Shown here piece by piece: positions 10,147-21,606 of a stretch of 64,000 nt of DNA (position 1 is its first letter; each line of letters begins with the position of its first letter). The position numbers and the translations under genes were made by a program. The notes below the pieces were generated by a model. That model was not told the origin of the DNA, ran no database searches, and saw nothing but the letters and a program-made list of their open reading frames with translations. The stretch comes from an uncultured Candidatus Rokubacteria bacterium (GTDB lineage: Bacteria > Methylomirabilota > Methylomirabilia > Rokubacteriales > DASRDR01): assembly GCA_963805625.1 (NCBI GenBank), contig CAWDVE010000017.1:352001-416000 (forward strand). Reading direction: 5' to 3'.

Positions 10147-10803
10147 GTGGTCGAGATGATCCCGGCACCGTCCTGCCGACTCTCGTGGCGCCCCGCGAGG
10201 GACTGCCGTGCCCGCCCGTGGCGCGTGATCCAGACCATGATGCTTGTGATCGGCGCTTTCGTCACGAGCGTCGGGGCCCAGGTCTACCACTGGGTCGACG
10301 ATCAGGGGGTGGTTCACTACACGACAGGGCTCGAGAGCGTGCCGGAGCGCTACCGGGCCGCCGCTCGCGCCATGGCGGTGTCCTCCGTCGAGCCGCCGCC
10401 CGGGGCACCTGCCACCGCGCGGGCCGGGACGACTACCATCACCTTCGTCGCGGGCGCGCCGATCCTGGTCGCTGCCCAGATCAACGGGGCCGGCCCGGTC
10501 ACGCTGATCCTCGATACGGGGGCTGACCGGACGATGGTGGCCCCGGCGGCGCTTGCCCGCCTCGGTATCGTCACGCCAAACACGTATGCGGCCGAGGTCC
10601 GGGGCGTGACCGGCGTGACCCGGGCGGACGTGCTGTGGATCGAGTCGCTCGACGTGGGCGGCGCCCGCGCGGGCCCCCTCGCGATCGTGGCCCACGATGC
10701 CGGCCTTTCACAGGCCGACGGTCTGCTCGGCCGGGATTTCCTCTCGCTCTTCTCGGTGATGATCGACGCACGCGCGAGCATCGTCACGCTGGAGCCGAAC
10801 TGA
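10147..10803 (+). CDS. Secreted DUF4124 + retropepsin-like aspartyl protease
   Basis: VYHWVDDQGVVHYT (DUF4124), LILDTGA catalytic motif, GLLGRDFL; true start may be downstream (e.g. ATG 10237). Confidence 0.85.
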   Translation: MVEMIPAPSCRLSWRPARDCRARPWRVIQTMMLVIGAFVTSVGAQVYHWVDDQGVVHYTTGLESVPERYRAAARAMAVSSVEPPPGAPATARAGTTTITFVAGAPILVAAQINGAGPVTLILDTGADRTMVAPAALARLGIVTPNTYAAEVRGVTGVTRADVLWIESLDVGGARAGPLAIVAHDAGLSQADGLLGRDFLSLFSVMIDARASIVTLEPN

Positions 10804-10954
10804 CGCATGCGAGGCAGCCTACCGGTGAGGCGTGCCTTCGCTGGCCACCGACAGCATGCGCGCTCGCACGGGGCTTGTCGGCCGGCCCGACCCCAGACAC
10901 CTTTCGCAGGTCGCTGCCGTTCCCATCGATAGCCACAGCGGAGGCAATCGGAGC

Positions 10955-11362
10955 ATGCCGAAGACGATCCAGCAGAGCGTGACACTGCCGGCGCCGGCGG
11001 CCGATCTCTACCGCATGTATCTCGATCCGAAGCGCCACGCGGCGATCACGGGCGCGCCGGTGCGGATCGGGGCGCGGCTGGGCTCTCCCTTCCGCGCCTT
11101 CAACGGCGCGCTCTCGGGGAAGATGCTCTTCACGCGGCCCGGGCGGATGATCGTCCAGACCTGGCGCTCGACGGGCTTTGGTCCGGAGGACATCGACTCG
11201 ACGCTCGTCCTCACCTTCTGGCCCCGCGGCAAGTCGGGTTGCATCCGACTCGTCCACGTCAACGTGGCGGACCGCGACGCGCGCGGGGTGACCGAAGGCT
11301 GGAAGAAGTACTACTGGAAGCCCTGGCGCGCGTATCTCACGAAGAAGCGGCGGGCGCGCTGA
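10955..11362 (+). CDS. SRPBCC/AHSA1-like protein
   Basis: TIQQSVTLPA..LY..YLD...H, F.AFNG...G, IVQTWR, GWKKYYW.PW. Confidence 0.85.
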   Translation: MPKTIQQSVTLPAPAADLYRMYLDPKRHAAITGAPVRIGARLGSPFRAFNGALSGKMLFTRPGRMIVQTWRSTGFGPEDIDSTLVLTFWPRGKSGCIRLVHVNVADRDARGVTEGWKKYYWKPWRAYLTKKRRAR

Positions 11363-11442
11363 GGCGGGCAAGAGTTGCGAGGCGTCGTCGGGGGGGCGGC
11401 GTCGATGAACCGTGCGGTGCAATTCCAATCTGGAGGCCAGAC

Positions 11443-11943
11443 GTGACAGCACATCCGACGGAGAGCCCCGGAGAGACGCAGGCCAGGAGACTCGAGCGAG
11501 TCTCGGACGAAGTGGCGAAGCTGCTGCGAGAGCCCAAGGTGACCTCGCGCCTCCGTACGTCGCCAGGCGAGAGCGAGTGGTCAGCGATGCAGACCTTGGG
11601 ACACATGACGGAGATGATCCCGTACTGGTTGCACCATTGTCGCGTTCTGATCGCGGCGGCGACGGGAGAGGTTCCCACGTTTGGACGCACGCCAGGATCG
11701 CCCGAACGACTTGCCGGGGTGGCGCGCGGCGCTGCCGCCCAACCCGACGAGATGCTGGCTCAGCTGCAGGACGAAGTTCGGCGAGCAGCCGACACGATCC
11801 GGAGCCTATCGAAGGCCGAACGCAGCAAACGCGGCATCAACCCAGGGCGGGGTGAGATGAGCGTGGCCGACGTCATCGAGTCGTTCATCGTCGGCCATGC
11901 CGAGGAGCACCTGGCACAGGTGGAAGGCGCCCTGCGGACCTGA
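11443..11943 (+). CDS. DinB-family protein
   Basis: EWSAMQTLGHMTE and C-terminal HAEEH; GGAGG RBS before GTG 11443. Confidence 0.8.
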   Translation: MTAHPTESPGETQARRLERVSDEVAKLLREPKVTSRLRTSPGESEWSAMQTLGHMTEMIPYWLHHCRVLIAAATGEVPTFGRTPGSPERLAGVARGAAAQPDEMLAQLQDEVRRAADTIRSLSKAERSKRGINPGRGEMSVADVIESFIVGHAEEHLAQVEGALRT

Positions 11944-12008
11944 ACTGGTCGCGCCTTCCGTGCGGCCGAGACGCGTGCCCGCGCCGTCGATGCGGCGAGA
12001 AATAAGAG

Positions 12009-12504
12009 ATGCCCCCCATCGTCCGCCGGATCCGACCTGACGAGGGCCTCCGCTTGCGAGCGCTCCGCCTGCGGGCGCTGGCGGATTCGCCCTCCGCCTT
12101 CGGGTCCACGCTCGGGCGAGAAGAGGCCTTTGCCGACGAGGTCTGGCATGAGCGTGCGACGCGAGGCGGCTTGGGCCAGGACCGGGTGACGTACGTCGCC
12201 GAGGATGGCGACCGCTGGATCGGCATGGGCGACCGGTCTCGTGGCCGATGGACCTCGGCTCGACCTCGTCGGGATGTTCGTCGAGCCGGCGGCGCGTGGA
12301 AAGAGGGTCGGTGTCGCGCTGGTCCAGGCCGTGGCTGCGTGGGCTCGAGGACACGGCACGCCGCATCTATACCTCTGGGTGACCTCGACGAACCAGGCGG
12401 CGCTCGCGCTGTATCATCGCTGTGACTTCAAGGTGACCGGCAGGCACCAGCCCCTCGATCACACGCCCACCCTGTTGGAACTCGAGATGGTGCGAGATCT
12501 GTGA
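12009..12504 (+). pseudogene. GNAT acetyltransferase, frameshifted (or sequencing error)
   Basis: LRALRLRALADSPSAFGST in ORF 12009 continues as GMFVEPAARGKRVG..L, LWV...N..A..LY in ORF 12205; one extra G at 12227-12229. Confidence 0.8.
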
Positions 12505-12571
12505 CGAGCAGGGTAGGGGCAGCCGCTGAGCGCGGGGGCAGTCACGCGCGAGGCGTGGAAGGGAAGCCTTG

Positions 12572-13078
12572 ATGGACGTCTTCGAAACGATCCGCACGAT
12601 GCTGGCGGTCCGGCGGTACCAGGACAAGCCCGTTCCCGAGGCGACGCTACGACGCGTTGTCGAGGCGGGGCGGCTGACCGGCAGCGCCAAGAACCTCCAG
12701 CCGTGGCACTTCATCGTGGTCGAGGATCGGAAGACCCTCCAGAAGCTCGGCGGGCTCGCGCGGACCGGAGCGCACGTCGCCCAGGCGGGGGCCGCGGTCG
12801 TCGTCCTGGTCGACAAGACGCCCTTCGCCATCTCGGATGCGAGCCGGGCAATCCAGTCCATGCTGCTCGCCGCGTGGGCGGATGGGGTGGGGTCGAACTG
12901 GGTTGGCTTCGGAGGGCTGGACGAGGTCAAGGCGCTCCTCGGCATCCCGGCCAAGCTCGATGTCCTGGCGATCCTGCCGCTCGGCTATCCCGTCGGACCC
13001 ATGGGACGCGGCAGGAAGGACAGGAAGCCGCTCGGGACGATCGCCCACCGGGAGCGATACGGCCAGGCTTTCGAGTGA
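12572..13078 (+). CDS. Nitroreductase family protein
   Basis: MDVFETIRT..AVRRY, AGRLTGSAKNLQPWHFIVV, MLLAAWADGVGSNW, LPLGYP. Confidence 0.9.
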   Translation: MDVFETIRTMLAVRRYQDKPVPEATLRRVVEAGRLTGSAKNLQPWHFIVVEDRKTLQKLGGLARTGAHVAQAGAAVVVLVDKTPFAISDASRAIQSMLLAAWADGVGSNWVGFGGLDEVKALLGIPAKLDVLAILPLGYPVGPMGRGRKDRKPLGTIAHRERYGQAFE

Positions 13079-13161
13079 CTCCAGCGCGCGGCGACGGAAC
13101 TGACGCGAGCGATGGCTTGCGCCCGGGCAGCCCGGGTGCGGCCCCGAGGAAGCGGTCGGGG

Positions 13162-13887
13162 CTAGAAGCGCCCGGCGGCGGGCTTGGCGGTACGGGGCGG
13201 CAGGTTCGTGAAGGTGAGCGTGCCGTCTTCCGCGACGGCACGGTAGATGCGCTGGGGCGCCGTCACCAGGGCGATGGTCCGCGGCGCCAGGGACATGCCG
13301 CCGTCGTACATCGCGCGCACGCGCCGGACGTACTCGCGAGTCTCGGCGAACGGAGGGACGCCTCCGTAGCTCCGGACCGCGGCCTCGCCGGCGTTGTACG
13401 CCGCCAGGGCCAGGGTCACGTCGCCCCCGAAGCGCTGGAGCAGGTCCCGCATGTGGCGGACTCCGCCGTCCACGTTCTGGGTCGGGTCGAAAGAGTCCCG
13501 TACCCCCAGAACGGCGGCGCGTTCCGGCATGAGCTGCATCAGGCCGCGCGCGCCCTTCGGTGACACCGCCGTTGGATTGCCGGCCGACTCCGTCTGCACG
13601 ATCGCCTCGACGAGCCGCGTGTCGACGCCGTAGCGCTCGGCGGCGGCGCGGATGATGTGGGCGAAGGCGCGGAGTCCGCGCGACAGGCTCCCCCCCTCGC
13701 CGGCCGGCTTGGCGCCGGCCGGCTCCGGGTCCTTCCGGACGAAGTTGTACCGCGGGTCCCCCGGCACGTTCGTGTAGTGAACGACCCCCTGGTCATCCTC
13801 GAACTGATACATGGAACCAGCCCCCGCGGGGGTGGCCACGACGACGAGGGACAGGAGACCGACGTAGAGTGGCACCAGGCGAGCCAT
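13162..13887 (-). CDS. Lytic transglycosylase (SLT) with DUF4124
   Basis: Signal peptide, YQFEDDQGVVHYTN, AIVQTESAGNPTAVSPKGARGLMQLMP, ALAAYNAG, ETREYV; start trimmed to ATG 13887. Confidence 0.93.
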   Translation of the reverse strand: MARLVPLYVGLLSLVVVATPAGAGSMYQFEDDQGVVHYTNVPGDPRYNFVRKDPEPAGAKPAGEGGSLSRGLRAFAHIIRAAAERYGVDTRLVEAIVQTESAGNPTAVSPKGARGLMQLMPERAAVLGVRDSFDPTQNVDGGVRHMRDLLQRFGGDVTLALAAYNAGEAAVRSYGGVPPFAETREYVRRVRAMYDGGMSLAPRTIALVTAPQRIYRAVAEDGTLTFTNLPPRTAKPAAGRF

Positions 13888-13906
13888 AGGCGCTGGACCG
13901 GGGGCC

Positions 13907-13935
13907 AGTCTACGGAGCCGCCTCCGGCGTGTCAA
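13907..13935 (-). promoter_or_regulatory. Sigma70-type promoter for the lytic transglycosylase
   Basis: Minus strand TTGACA-N17-TAGACT. Confidence 0.65.
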
Positions 13936-13954
13936 TCCGGCGCCCATCTGACCG

Positions 13955-16495
13955 TCAGGACGTACCTTTCCCGACCAGCTCCAACTCCAGTTCCCCGTCG
14001 AGGGGGCTCCAGCGCGACGCATCGGGCAGAGCAATATGCAACACCTCGGCCACATCCCTGACCAGGTGGACCTCGAGCTGCGCCCGGACTTCGGCCGGGA
14101 CGTCCTCAAGGAGTTGGCGCTCGTTCTGCCGCGGCAGGATCAGGGTCGTGAGCCCGGACCGATGGGCGGCCAGGACCTTCTCCTTGATACCGCCGACCGG
14201 GAGGACCCGGCCGGACAGCGTGATCTCCCCGGTCATCGCGAGCCCCGGCCGGATTGACTGGCCCCGGAGCAGGGAGACCAGCGCCGTGGCCAGTGTCACG
14301 CCCGCCGACGGGCCGTCCTTCGGGATGGCGCCGGCCGGAACGTGAAGATGGAGGTCCGAGCGCATCCAGAAGTCCGGGGCGATGCCGAGCTCGGCCGCGT
14401 GAGCCCGCACCCACGAGACGGCGGCCTGGGCGGACTCCTTCATCACGTCGCCCAGTTGGCCCGTCAGCGTGAGTGACTTGCCCCCCGCCATTGTCGAGGC
14501 CTCGACGAAGAGGACGTCTCCGCCGGCCGGCGTCCACGCAAGCCCCACGGCCACGCCGGGGGTGCGGGTGCGCTCGGCGATCTCCTCCTCGAGGAGGAAG
14601 CGGGGCGACCCGAGGAGCGCCATCACGCGCTCGGGGTCCACGGTCACTGGCTGGACGTCGCCCTCGGCGCGCCGCCGCGCGACCTTTCGGCAGAGCGCGG
14701 CGATCTCCCGCTCGAGGCTCCGCACGCCCGCCTCGCGCGTATAGCTCCGGACGAGGAGCCGGAGCGCCGGCTCCGTGAACGTGATCTCCCGGTCGAACCC
14801 GAGCCCGTGCTCGGTGGCCTGCTTCGGCGCGAGGTGGCGCCGGGCGATCTCCACTTTCTCGTCCTCAGTGTAGCCGGGCAGCTCGATGATCTCCATCCGA
14901 TCGCGGAGCGGCGCCGGAACCGGATCGAGCATGTTCGCGGTGGTGATGAACAGGACCCGCGAGAGATCGAAGGGCACGTCGAGGTAGTGGTCCCGGAACG
15001 TCGAGTTCTGCTCCGGGTCGAGCACTTCGAGGAGCGCCGAGGCCGGGTCCCCGCGGAAGTCGAAGCCGAGCTTGTCGATCTCGTCCAGCATGAACACCGG
15101 GTTCTTGGACTCGGCCCGCCGTAGCCCCTGGACGATCTGCCCGGGCAGGGCGCCGATGTACGTCCGCCGGTGACCGCGGATCTCGGCCTCGTCCCGCATC
15201 CCGCCGAGGGCGATCCGGTGGAACTTCCGCCCGAGCGCGCGCGCGATCGACCGGCCGAGCGACGTCTTGCCGACGCCAGGGGGACCCACGAAGCAGAGGA
15301 TCGGCGACTTGCCCTCGGGCCGGATCTTCCGGACCGCGAGGTGCTCGAGGAGCCGCTCCTTGATCTTGCCGAGCCCCCAGTGGTCCTCGTCGAGCACCGC
15401 GCGGGCACGGGCCAGGTCGATGTCGTCCGGTGTCTCTTTGCGCCACGGCAGCGCCGTGAGCCACTCGAGATACGTCCGAGCGACCGAGTACTCGGCCGCC
15501 GCCGGCGGCATCTTCGTGAGCCGGTCGAGCTCCCGCATGGCCTCCCGGTGCGCCTCCTCGGACATACCAGCCCCCTCGATCTTCTCGCGAAGCTCGGTCA
15601 GCTCCTGACCCCGCTCGTCGCCCTCGCCGAGCTCCTTCTGGATCGCCTTCAGCTGCTCACGCAGGTAGTACTCCCGCTGGGTCTTGGTCATCTCGCTCTG
15701 GATCTGCGAGTGGATCTTCGACCCGAGCTCGAGGACCTCGGTCTCCTTCGTCAGCGACTCCACCAGGGTCTTGAGCCGCGCCTTGACGTCGGGCGTCTCG
15801 AGGAGCGTCTGGCGCTCGACCGTGGTCAGGGAGGGCAGGGTGGCGGCGATGAGGTCGATCATACGGCCCGCATCGCCGGCTCCGGAGATGAGCGGCAGGA
15901 GATCGTCGGACAGCGCCGGGGACAGCTCGACGATGCGCTCGAAGAGCGTGTGGGCCTGACGTCCGAGCGCCTGGGCTTCCACGTCGTCGGCCGCCGGCAT
16001 GATGTCCGGTACGCGCTCGATCCGGGCCCGGAGGTGCGGCATCGTCTGCGTGAACTCCACCACCCGGAACCGCTCGAGCCCCTGGACGACCAGGCGGATC
16101 GTGCCGTCGGACTGCTTGAGCATGCGGTGAATCATCGCGATCGTGCCCGTCCGGTGGAGGTCCTGGGGGGCGGGTGCCTCCTGCGCGGCGTCGTGCTGGG
16201 TCAGAACGCCGATCAGACGGTGGCCGAGAACGGCCTCGTCGACCGCGCGCACGGACGACGGCCGCGCGACCGCCAGCGGGATGACCGCCTGGGGGAAGAG
16301 CACGGATTCCCGGAGCGGCAGGATGGCCAGCTCATCCGGCTTGTCGCCGTCAGGACGCGCGGCGTTCGCTGGGCCCGGGCCGGCCGCGCTCGTCTCGATT
16401 CGGATGTCGGTGTCGCTCACGGCGCTTCCTCGATCTGCACCAGGATTGTTCGGGTCATGGGACAGCCTTCGGTCTGTGGTGCCCTGTTCGGTCAT
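13955..16495 (-). CDS. lon: ATP-dependent Lon protease
   Basis: LPLRESVLFP LON domain, QREYYLREQLKAIQKELGE, GPPGVGKTS, DEAEIRGHRRTYIGA, catalytic PKDGPSAG and GGIKEK; start trimmed to ATG 16495. Confidence 0.97.
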   Translation of the reverse strand: MTEQGTTDRRLSHDPNNPGADRGSAVSDTDIRIETSAAGPGPANAARPDGDKPDELAILPLRESVLFPQAVIPLAVARPSSVRAVDEAVLGHRLIGVLTQHDAAQEAPAPQDLHRTGTIAMIHRMLKQSDGTIRLVVQGLERFRVVEFTQTMPHLRARIERVPDIMPAADDVEAQALGRQAHTLFERIVELSPALSDDLLPLISGAGDAGRMIDLIAATLPSLTTVERQTLLETPDVKARLKTLVESLTKETEVLELGSKIHSQIQSEMTKTQREYYLREQLKAIQKELGEGDERGQELTELREKIEGAGMSEEAHREAMRELDRLTKMPPAAAEYSVARTYLEWLTALPWRKETPDDIDLARARAVLDEDHWGLGKIKERLLEHLAVRKIRPEGKSPILCFVGPPGVGKTSLGRSIARALGRKFHRIALGGMRDEAEIRGHRRTYIGALPGQIVQGLRRAESKNPVFMLDEIDKLGFDFRGDPASALLEVLDPEQNSTFRDHYLDVPFDLSRVLFITTANMLDPVPAPLRDRMEIIELPGYTEDEKVEIARRHLAPKQATEHGLGFDREITFTEPALRLLVRSYTREAGVRSLEREIAALCRKVARRRAEGDVQPVTVDPERVMALLGSPRFLLEEEIAERTRTPGVAVGLAWTPAGGDVLFVEASTMAGGKSLTLTGQLGDVMKESAQAAVSWVRAHAAELGIAPDFWMRSDLHLHVPAGAIPKDGPSAGVTLATALVSLLRGQSIRPGLAMTGEITLSGRVLPVGGIKEKVLAAHRSGLTTLILPRQNERQLLEDVPAEVRAQLEVHLVRDVAEVLHIALPDASRWSPLDGELELELVGKGTS

Positions 16496-16932
16496 ACGGT
16501 CTCCTCGGGGATCACTCGACTCCGGGCTCCCCCCGCCTCCGCGCGCGACTGGTCGCGCTCCCATATCTCCTGGCACCGCGTGCAGCGAATCGCGAAGGGA
16601 TGGGCCCGCAGCCGGGCCGGGGCAATCTCCTCCTCGCACGCCTCGCAGCGCCCGTAGCTTCCTTCATCCATCTTCTTGAGGGCCAGATCCACCTGCGCGA
16701 GCATGCCGGCCCGCCGGTCGGCCACAGCAAAGCCCATCTCGTCGTCGGGCGACAGAGCGGGGCGGTCGCCGAACGGCATTCCCTCGACCTTCTCGCGGCG
16801 CGCCGTCGCCTCGATGCGACCCTCGCGCTCTTCTCTGAGCTTCGCCACGAGGTCGGCGCGCTTCTGCAGGAGCAGCGCCTTCAGCTCCGCCTGCACGTTG
16901 GCGGGTCGCTTGGTCGATCGTGAACGTGCCAT
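16492..16932 (-). CDS. TraR/DksA family zinc-finger protein
   Basis: Coiled coil, then ALKKMDEGSYGRCEACEEEI...RL.A.P....CTRCQ. Confidence 0.88.
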   Translation of the reverse strand: MARSRSTKRPANVQAELKALLLQKRADLVAKLREEREGRIEATARREKVEGMPFGDRPALSPDDEMGFAVADRRAGMLAQVDLALKKMDEGSYGRCEACEEEIAPARLRAHPFAIRCTRCQEIWERDQSRAEAGGARSRVIPEETV

Positions 16933-16944
16933 TCTCGCTCCCGT

Positions 16945-17331
16945 CTAGCAGACATCGAGTTTGCGAAGTTGCCGGTCCGCGACCCGGACCAGGCCGCCGC
17001 GCGCCGCGGCCGCTCCGTCAGGGACGGGGCTGCCGGGTTCGTGGCGCAGGGGGGAGGCCGCTGCCTCCAGCTCTTGCTGCATCGCCTGCATCTGGCGCCG
17101 CATCTTTAAGATGATCTCGATGCCCGCAAGATTCACGCCGAGCTCTCGCCCGAGCCGCAGGATCAGCCGGATCTCCTCGACGTCCTCCACGGAGTACACA
17201 CGGGTCCGCCCCGTCGTCCGGCTGGGCCGGATGAGGCCCTTCTTCTCGTAGAGCCGGAGCGTCTGCGGATGGAGCGCCAGCATCTCGGCGACCACGCTGA
17301 TGCGGTACAGGGGCCGCCCGCGATCGCTCAC
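16945..17331 (-). CDS. hspR: HspR-like MerR-family heat-shock repressor
   Basis: YRISVVAEML.LHPQTLRLYEK.GL..P.RT.G..R.YS, LGVNLAGIEIIL; GTG overlaps the dnaJ stop. Confidence 0.88.
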   Translation of the reverse strand: MSDRGRPLYRISVVAEMLALHPQTLRLYEKKGLIRPSRTTGRTRVYSVEDVEEIRLILRLGRELGVNLAGIEIILKMRRQMQAMQQELEAAASPLRHEPGSPVPDGAAAARGGLVRVADRQLRKLDVC

Positions 17332-18368
17332 CGCGCGCCCTCCGCGCGGGCGCCCCAGAGGCCCGGGGGCCCCCAGAGCTCCGCCCGCGGATCCTCGGGG
17401 AGGAGTCGTTGCAGCGCCTGCAGCACCTCCTCCAGTGCGGGATCGGGATTCCGCGGGATCACGACACGCGTCTCCACGAGGAGATCGCCCCGCCCCTCGC
17501 GGTCCAGCCGGGGGCAGCCCTTTCCGCGAATCCGCAACGTCTGGCCCGTCTGGGTCCCGGCCGGGATCCGCACCACGACCGGCCCGTCGGGCGTGGGGAT
17601 CTGGATCCGCGTCCCGAGGGCCGCTTCGGGCACCGTGAGAGGCACCTCGCAATGGAGGTGATCGCCCTTCCGGCTGAAGAGCGGGTGCGGCCTCACGCGC
17701 GTGATGACGATCAGGTCGCCCCGGCGCCCCGGAGCCGGGGCAGCGTGGCCTTCCCCGACGGCGTGCACCTGGGCCCCCGTGTCGACGCCCGGCGGGATGG
17801 CCACCTCGATCCGGCACGGCTGGGTCCGCGTGCCCCGGCCGCCACAGCCGGGGCAGGGCGGCGGCAGGCGCCAGCCCGTGCCGCCGCAAGCCCCGCACCG
17901 GGTGGCCACCGGCCGGTCCCGGTGGAGAGTGACGCGGACGGGGTGCCCCTGGCATGCGGAGCAGTGCTCCGCCGCCTGGCCGCCGCTGCCCCCGGACCCG
18001 CCACAAGCCTCACACGGCTCCAGCCGCGTGACCTCGATCTCGACCCGCACGCCTCGGAGCGCCTCGTCGAGCTCGAGCTCCATCGCATAGTGGATGTCCT
18101 CGCCGCGCGAGGGGGGGCCGACGCCCGGTCCGTCTCGGGACGGCTCGAAGGCTTGGTGCCCGAGCCGGTCGTAGAGGGGGCGCGCCGTCGGATCGCCGAC
18201 CACGCGATACGCCTCCCGGATCTCCTCGAACAGCGCCTCGGCCCGCCCATCCCACAGATTCACGTCCGGCGAATAGCGTCGGGCGAGCCGCCGGTAAGCC
18301 CGGCGGATCTCCAAGACCGGGGCCTCCCGCGAGACCCCGAGCACCTCATAGTAGTCGCGCTTCTTCAC
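17328..18368 (-). CDS. dnaJ: DnaJ-family co-chaperone with variant J motif (SPD)
   Basis: KRDYYEVLGV J domain with YSPDVN, four CxxCxG repeats, IPPGVDTG, GDL..., EAALG, GTQ.G...R.RGKG; lacks a G/F-rich region. Confidence 0.88.
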   Translation of the reverse strand: MKKRDYYEVLGVSREAPVLEIRRAYRRLARRYSPDVNLWDGRAEALFEEIREAYRVVGDPTARPLYDRLGHQAFEPSRDGPGVGPPSRGEDIHYAMELELDEALRGVRVEIEVTRLEPCEACGGSGGSGGQAAEHCSACQGHPVRVTLHRDRPVATRCGACGGTGWRLPPPCPGCGGRGTRTQPCRIEVAIPPGVDTGAQVHAVGEGHAAPAPGRRGDLIVITRVRPHPLFSRKGDHLHCEVPLTVPEAALGTRIQIPTPDGPVVVRIPAGTQTGQTLRIRGKGCPRLDREGRGDLLVETRVVIPRNPDPALEEVLQALQRLLPEDPRAELWGPPGLWGARAEGAR

Positions 18369-18403
18369 CGCTGATCCCTCGTGCGCGCGCTCCCCGGCTG
18401 TCG

Positions 18404-20320
<1,917 letters not shown>

Positions 20321-20380
20321 TGCTTGTGTCTCCTTAACCTAAATGTCGGGCGCGCCCCGTCGGGCCCCCGCGGGTTCCTT

Positions 20381-20842
20381 CTAGCCGACCTCGATCTTGA
20401 TCTCGCGCGGCTTCACCTCGTCCAGCTTCGGGAGCCGGATCTCGAGGACGCCGTCGCGGTAGCTGGCCCGGATCTTGTCCGCCTGGACGGGGATCGGCAG
20501 CTGGACGTGACGCTCGAACGTGCCGGACCAGCGCTCGATCCGGTGGTAGTTCTCCTCGTGGGCCTCCGCCGCGATGCCGCGCTGCCCGCGGAGGCTGAGG
20601 ACGTCGCCGGTCATGGAGAGGTGGATGTCCTTCTCCCGCGCCCCAGGGAGCTCGACCGCCACAACGAGGTCGTCGCGGGTCTCGTAGACGTCGATCGGCG
20701 GAGCCCAAGTGCGCTCGGGCGAGCCAGTCCGAGGCCGGACGCCGAAGTAAGCGTCGAAGGCCCGGTTGATCTCAGTCTCGATGTCCGTCAGCTGACGGAA
20801 GGGGTCGAACCGCTGAATCCGCCATCGATCCATGGGAACCAT
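20381..20842 (-). CDS. Hsp20/alpha-crystallin small heat-shock protein
   Basis: W.PPIDVYET, ELPG, ER..G.F.R...LP, A.YRDGVLEIRLPK; GGAGG RBS. Confidence 0.94.
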   Translation of the reverse strand: MVPMDRWRIQRFDPFRQLTDIETEINRAFDAYFGVRPRTGSPERTWAPPIDVYETRDDLVVAVELPGAREKDIHLSMTGDVLSLRGQRGIAAEAHEENYHRIERWSGTFERHVQLPIPVQADKIRASYRDGVLEIRLPKLDEVKPREIKIEVG

Positions 20843-20856
20843 CCTCCAGGTGATGA

Positions 20857-20900
20857 TTGAGTCGCTAGTTCATATACAAGCTGATATGACTGTTGTCAAG
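20857..20900 (-). promoter_or_regulatory. Sigma70 promoter of the heat-shock operon with overlapping HAIR-like HspR operator
   Basis: Minus strand TTGACA(20899-20894)-N17-TATATG(20876-20871); CTTGACA-N7-TATCAGC resembles HAIR CTTGAGT-N7-ACTCAAG; extra ACTCAA half-site downstream. Confidence 0.65.
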
Positions 20901-20937
20901 CTTGCCCATGGCCGACGGAGCCCGTATGGTGACGGCC

Positions 20938-21594
20938 ATGGACCGACTGGGCCCCCGGTGGGGGCTGCTGATCCTACTCCTGGGAGCCCTGCTTGTCGGA
21001 GTAGGCGGAGGGTTCGCTCTGGTCCGGACCCTCGCCTGGCCGCCCGAGGCCGGCCGCCCTGCCTCCGACCCCCGGGCGGGCCTTCGCGTCCAGAGCGTCC
21101 TGGCTCAGCTCCTGCTCCGAGAGGCGGGCCTGAGCTCCCGCCAGGATCCCCTTGTTCTGACGGCCGCCGAGGTCAACGCGTTCCTGCTTGAACATGTGCA
21201 GATGCGGGATGCTCCGGTCTGGCCGGTCCGGGTCCAGATCGAGCCGGATGAGGTCGAGCTGGGCGGCGCCACGACCCTCGCGCAGCTGATTACATCAGCG
21301 GTGGGATCGGGGCTGGGGGGTCTCGTGCCCGGTTCGGTCGGCGAGCACCCCATCTGGATCGCCGCGCGGGGCCGGATCATGGTGTCACCCGGGGGCCGCA
21401 CGGAGTTCCAGGCCCACGCGGCGACGATCGGGCGTCAGGGGGTGCCGTTGGCGCTGTTGTGGCGAGTGGTGGGAGGCCGTCCGCCGGCGCTGGTGTGGCG
21501 GATGCCGCGGGTCGTCGACCGGGTCGACATCGAGCCAGGGCGACTCGTCATCCACACCCGGCGCTCCGGGGCGGGCCGAGTTTCCCCGGGCTAG
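20938..21594 (+). CDS. Membrane-anchored hypothetical protein
   Basis: N-terminal TM helix (WGLLILLLGALLVGVGGGFALV), LTAAEVNAFL and beta-rich body; start uncertain. Confidence 0.65.
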   Translation: MDRLGPRWGLLILLLGALLVGVGGGFALVRTLAWPPEAGRPASDPRAGLRVQSVLAQLLLREAGLSSRQDPLVLTAAEVNAFLLEHVQMRDAPVWPVRVQIEPDEVELGGATTLAQLITSAVGSGLGGLVPGSVGEHPIWIAARGRIMVSPGGRTEFQAHAATIGRQGVPLALLWRVVGGRPPALVWRMPRVVDRVDIEPGRLVIHTRRSGAGRVSPG

Positions 21595-21606
21595 ACCTCA
21601 CCGGGC

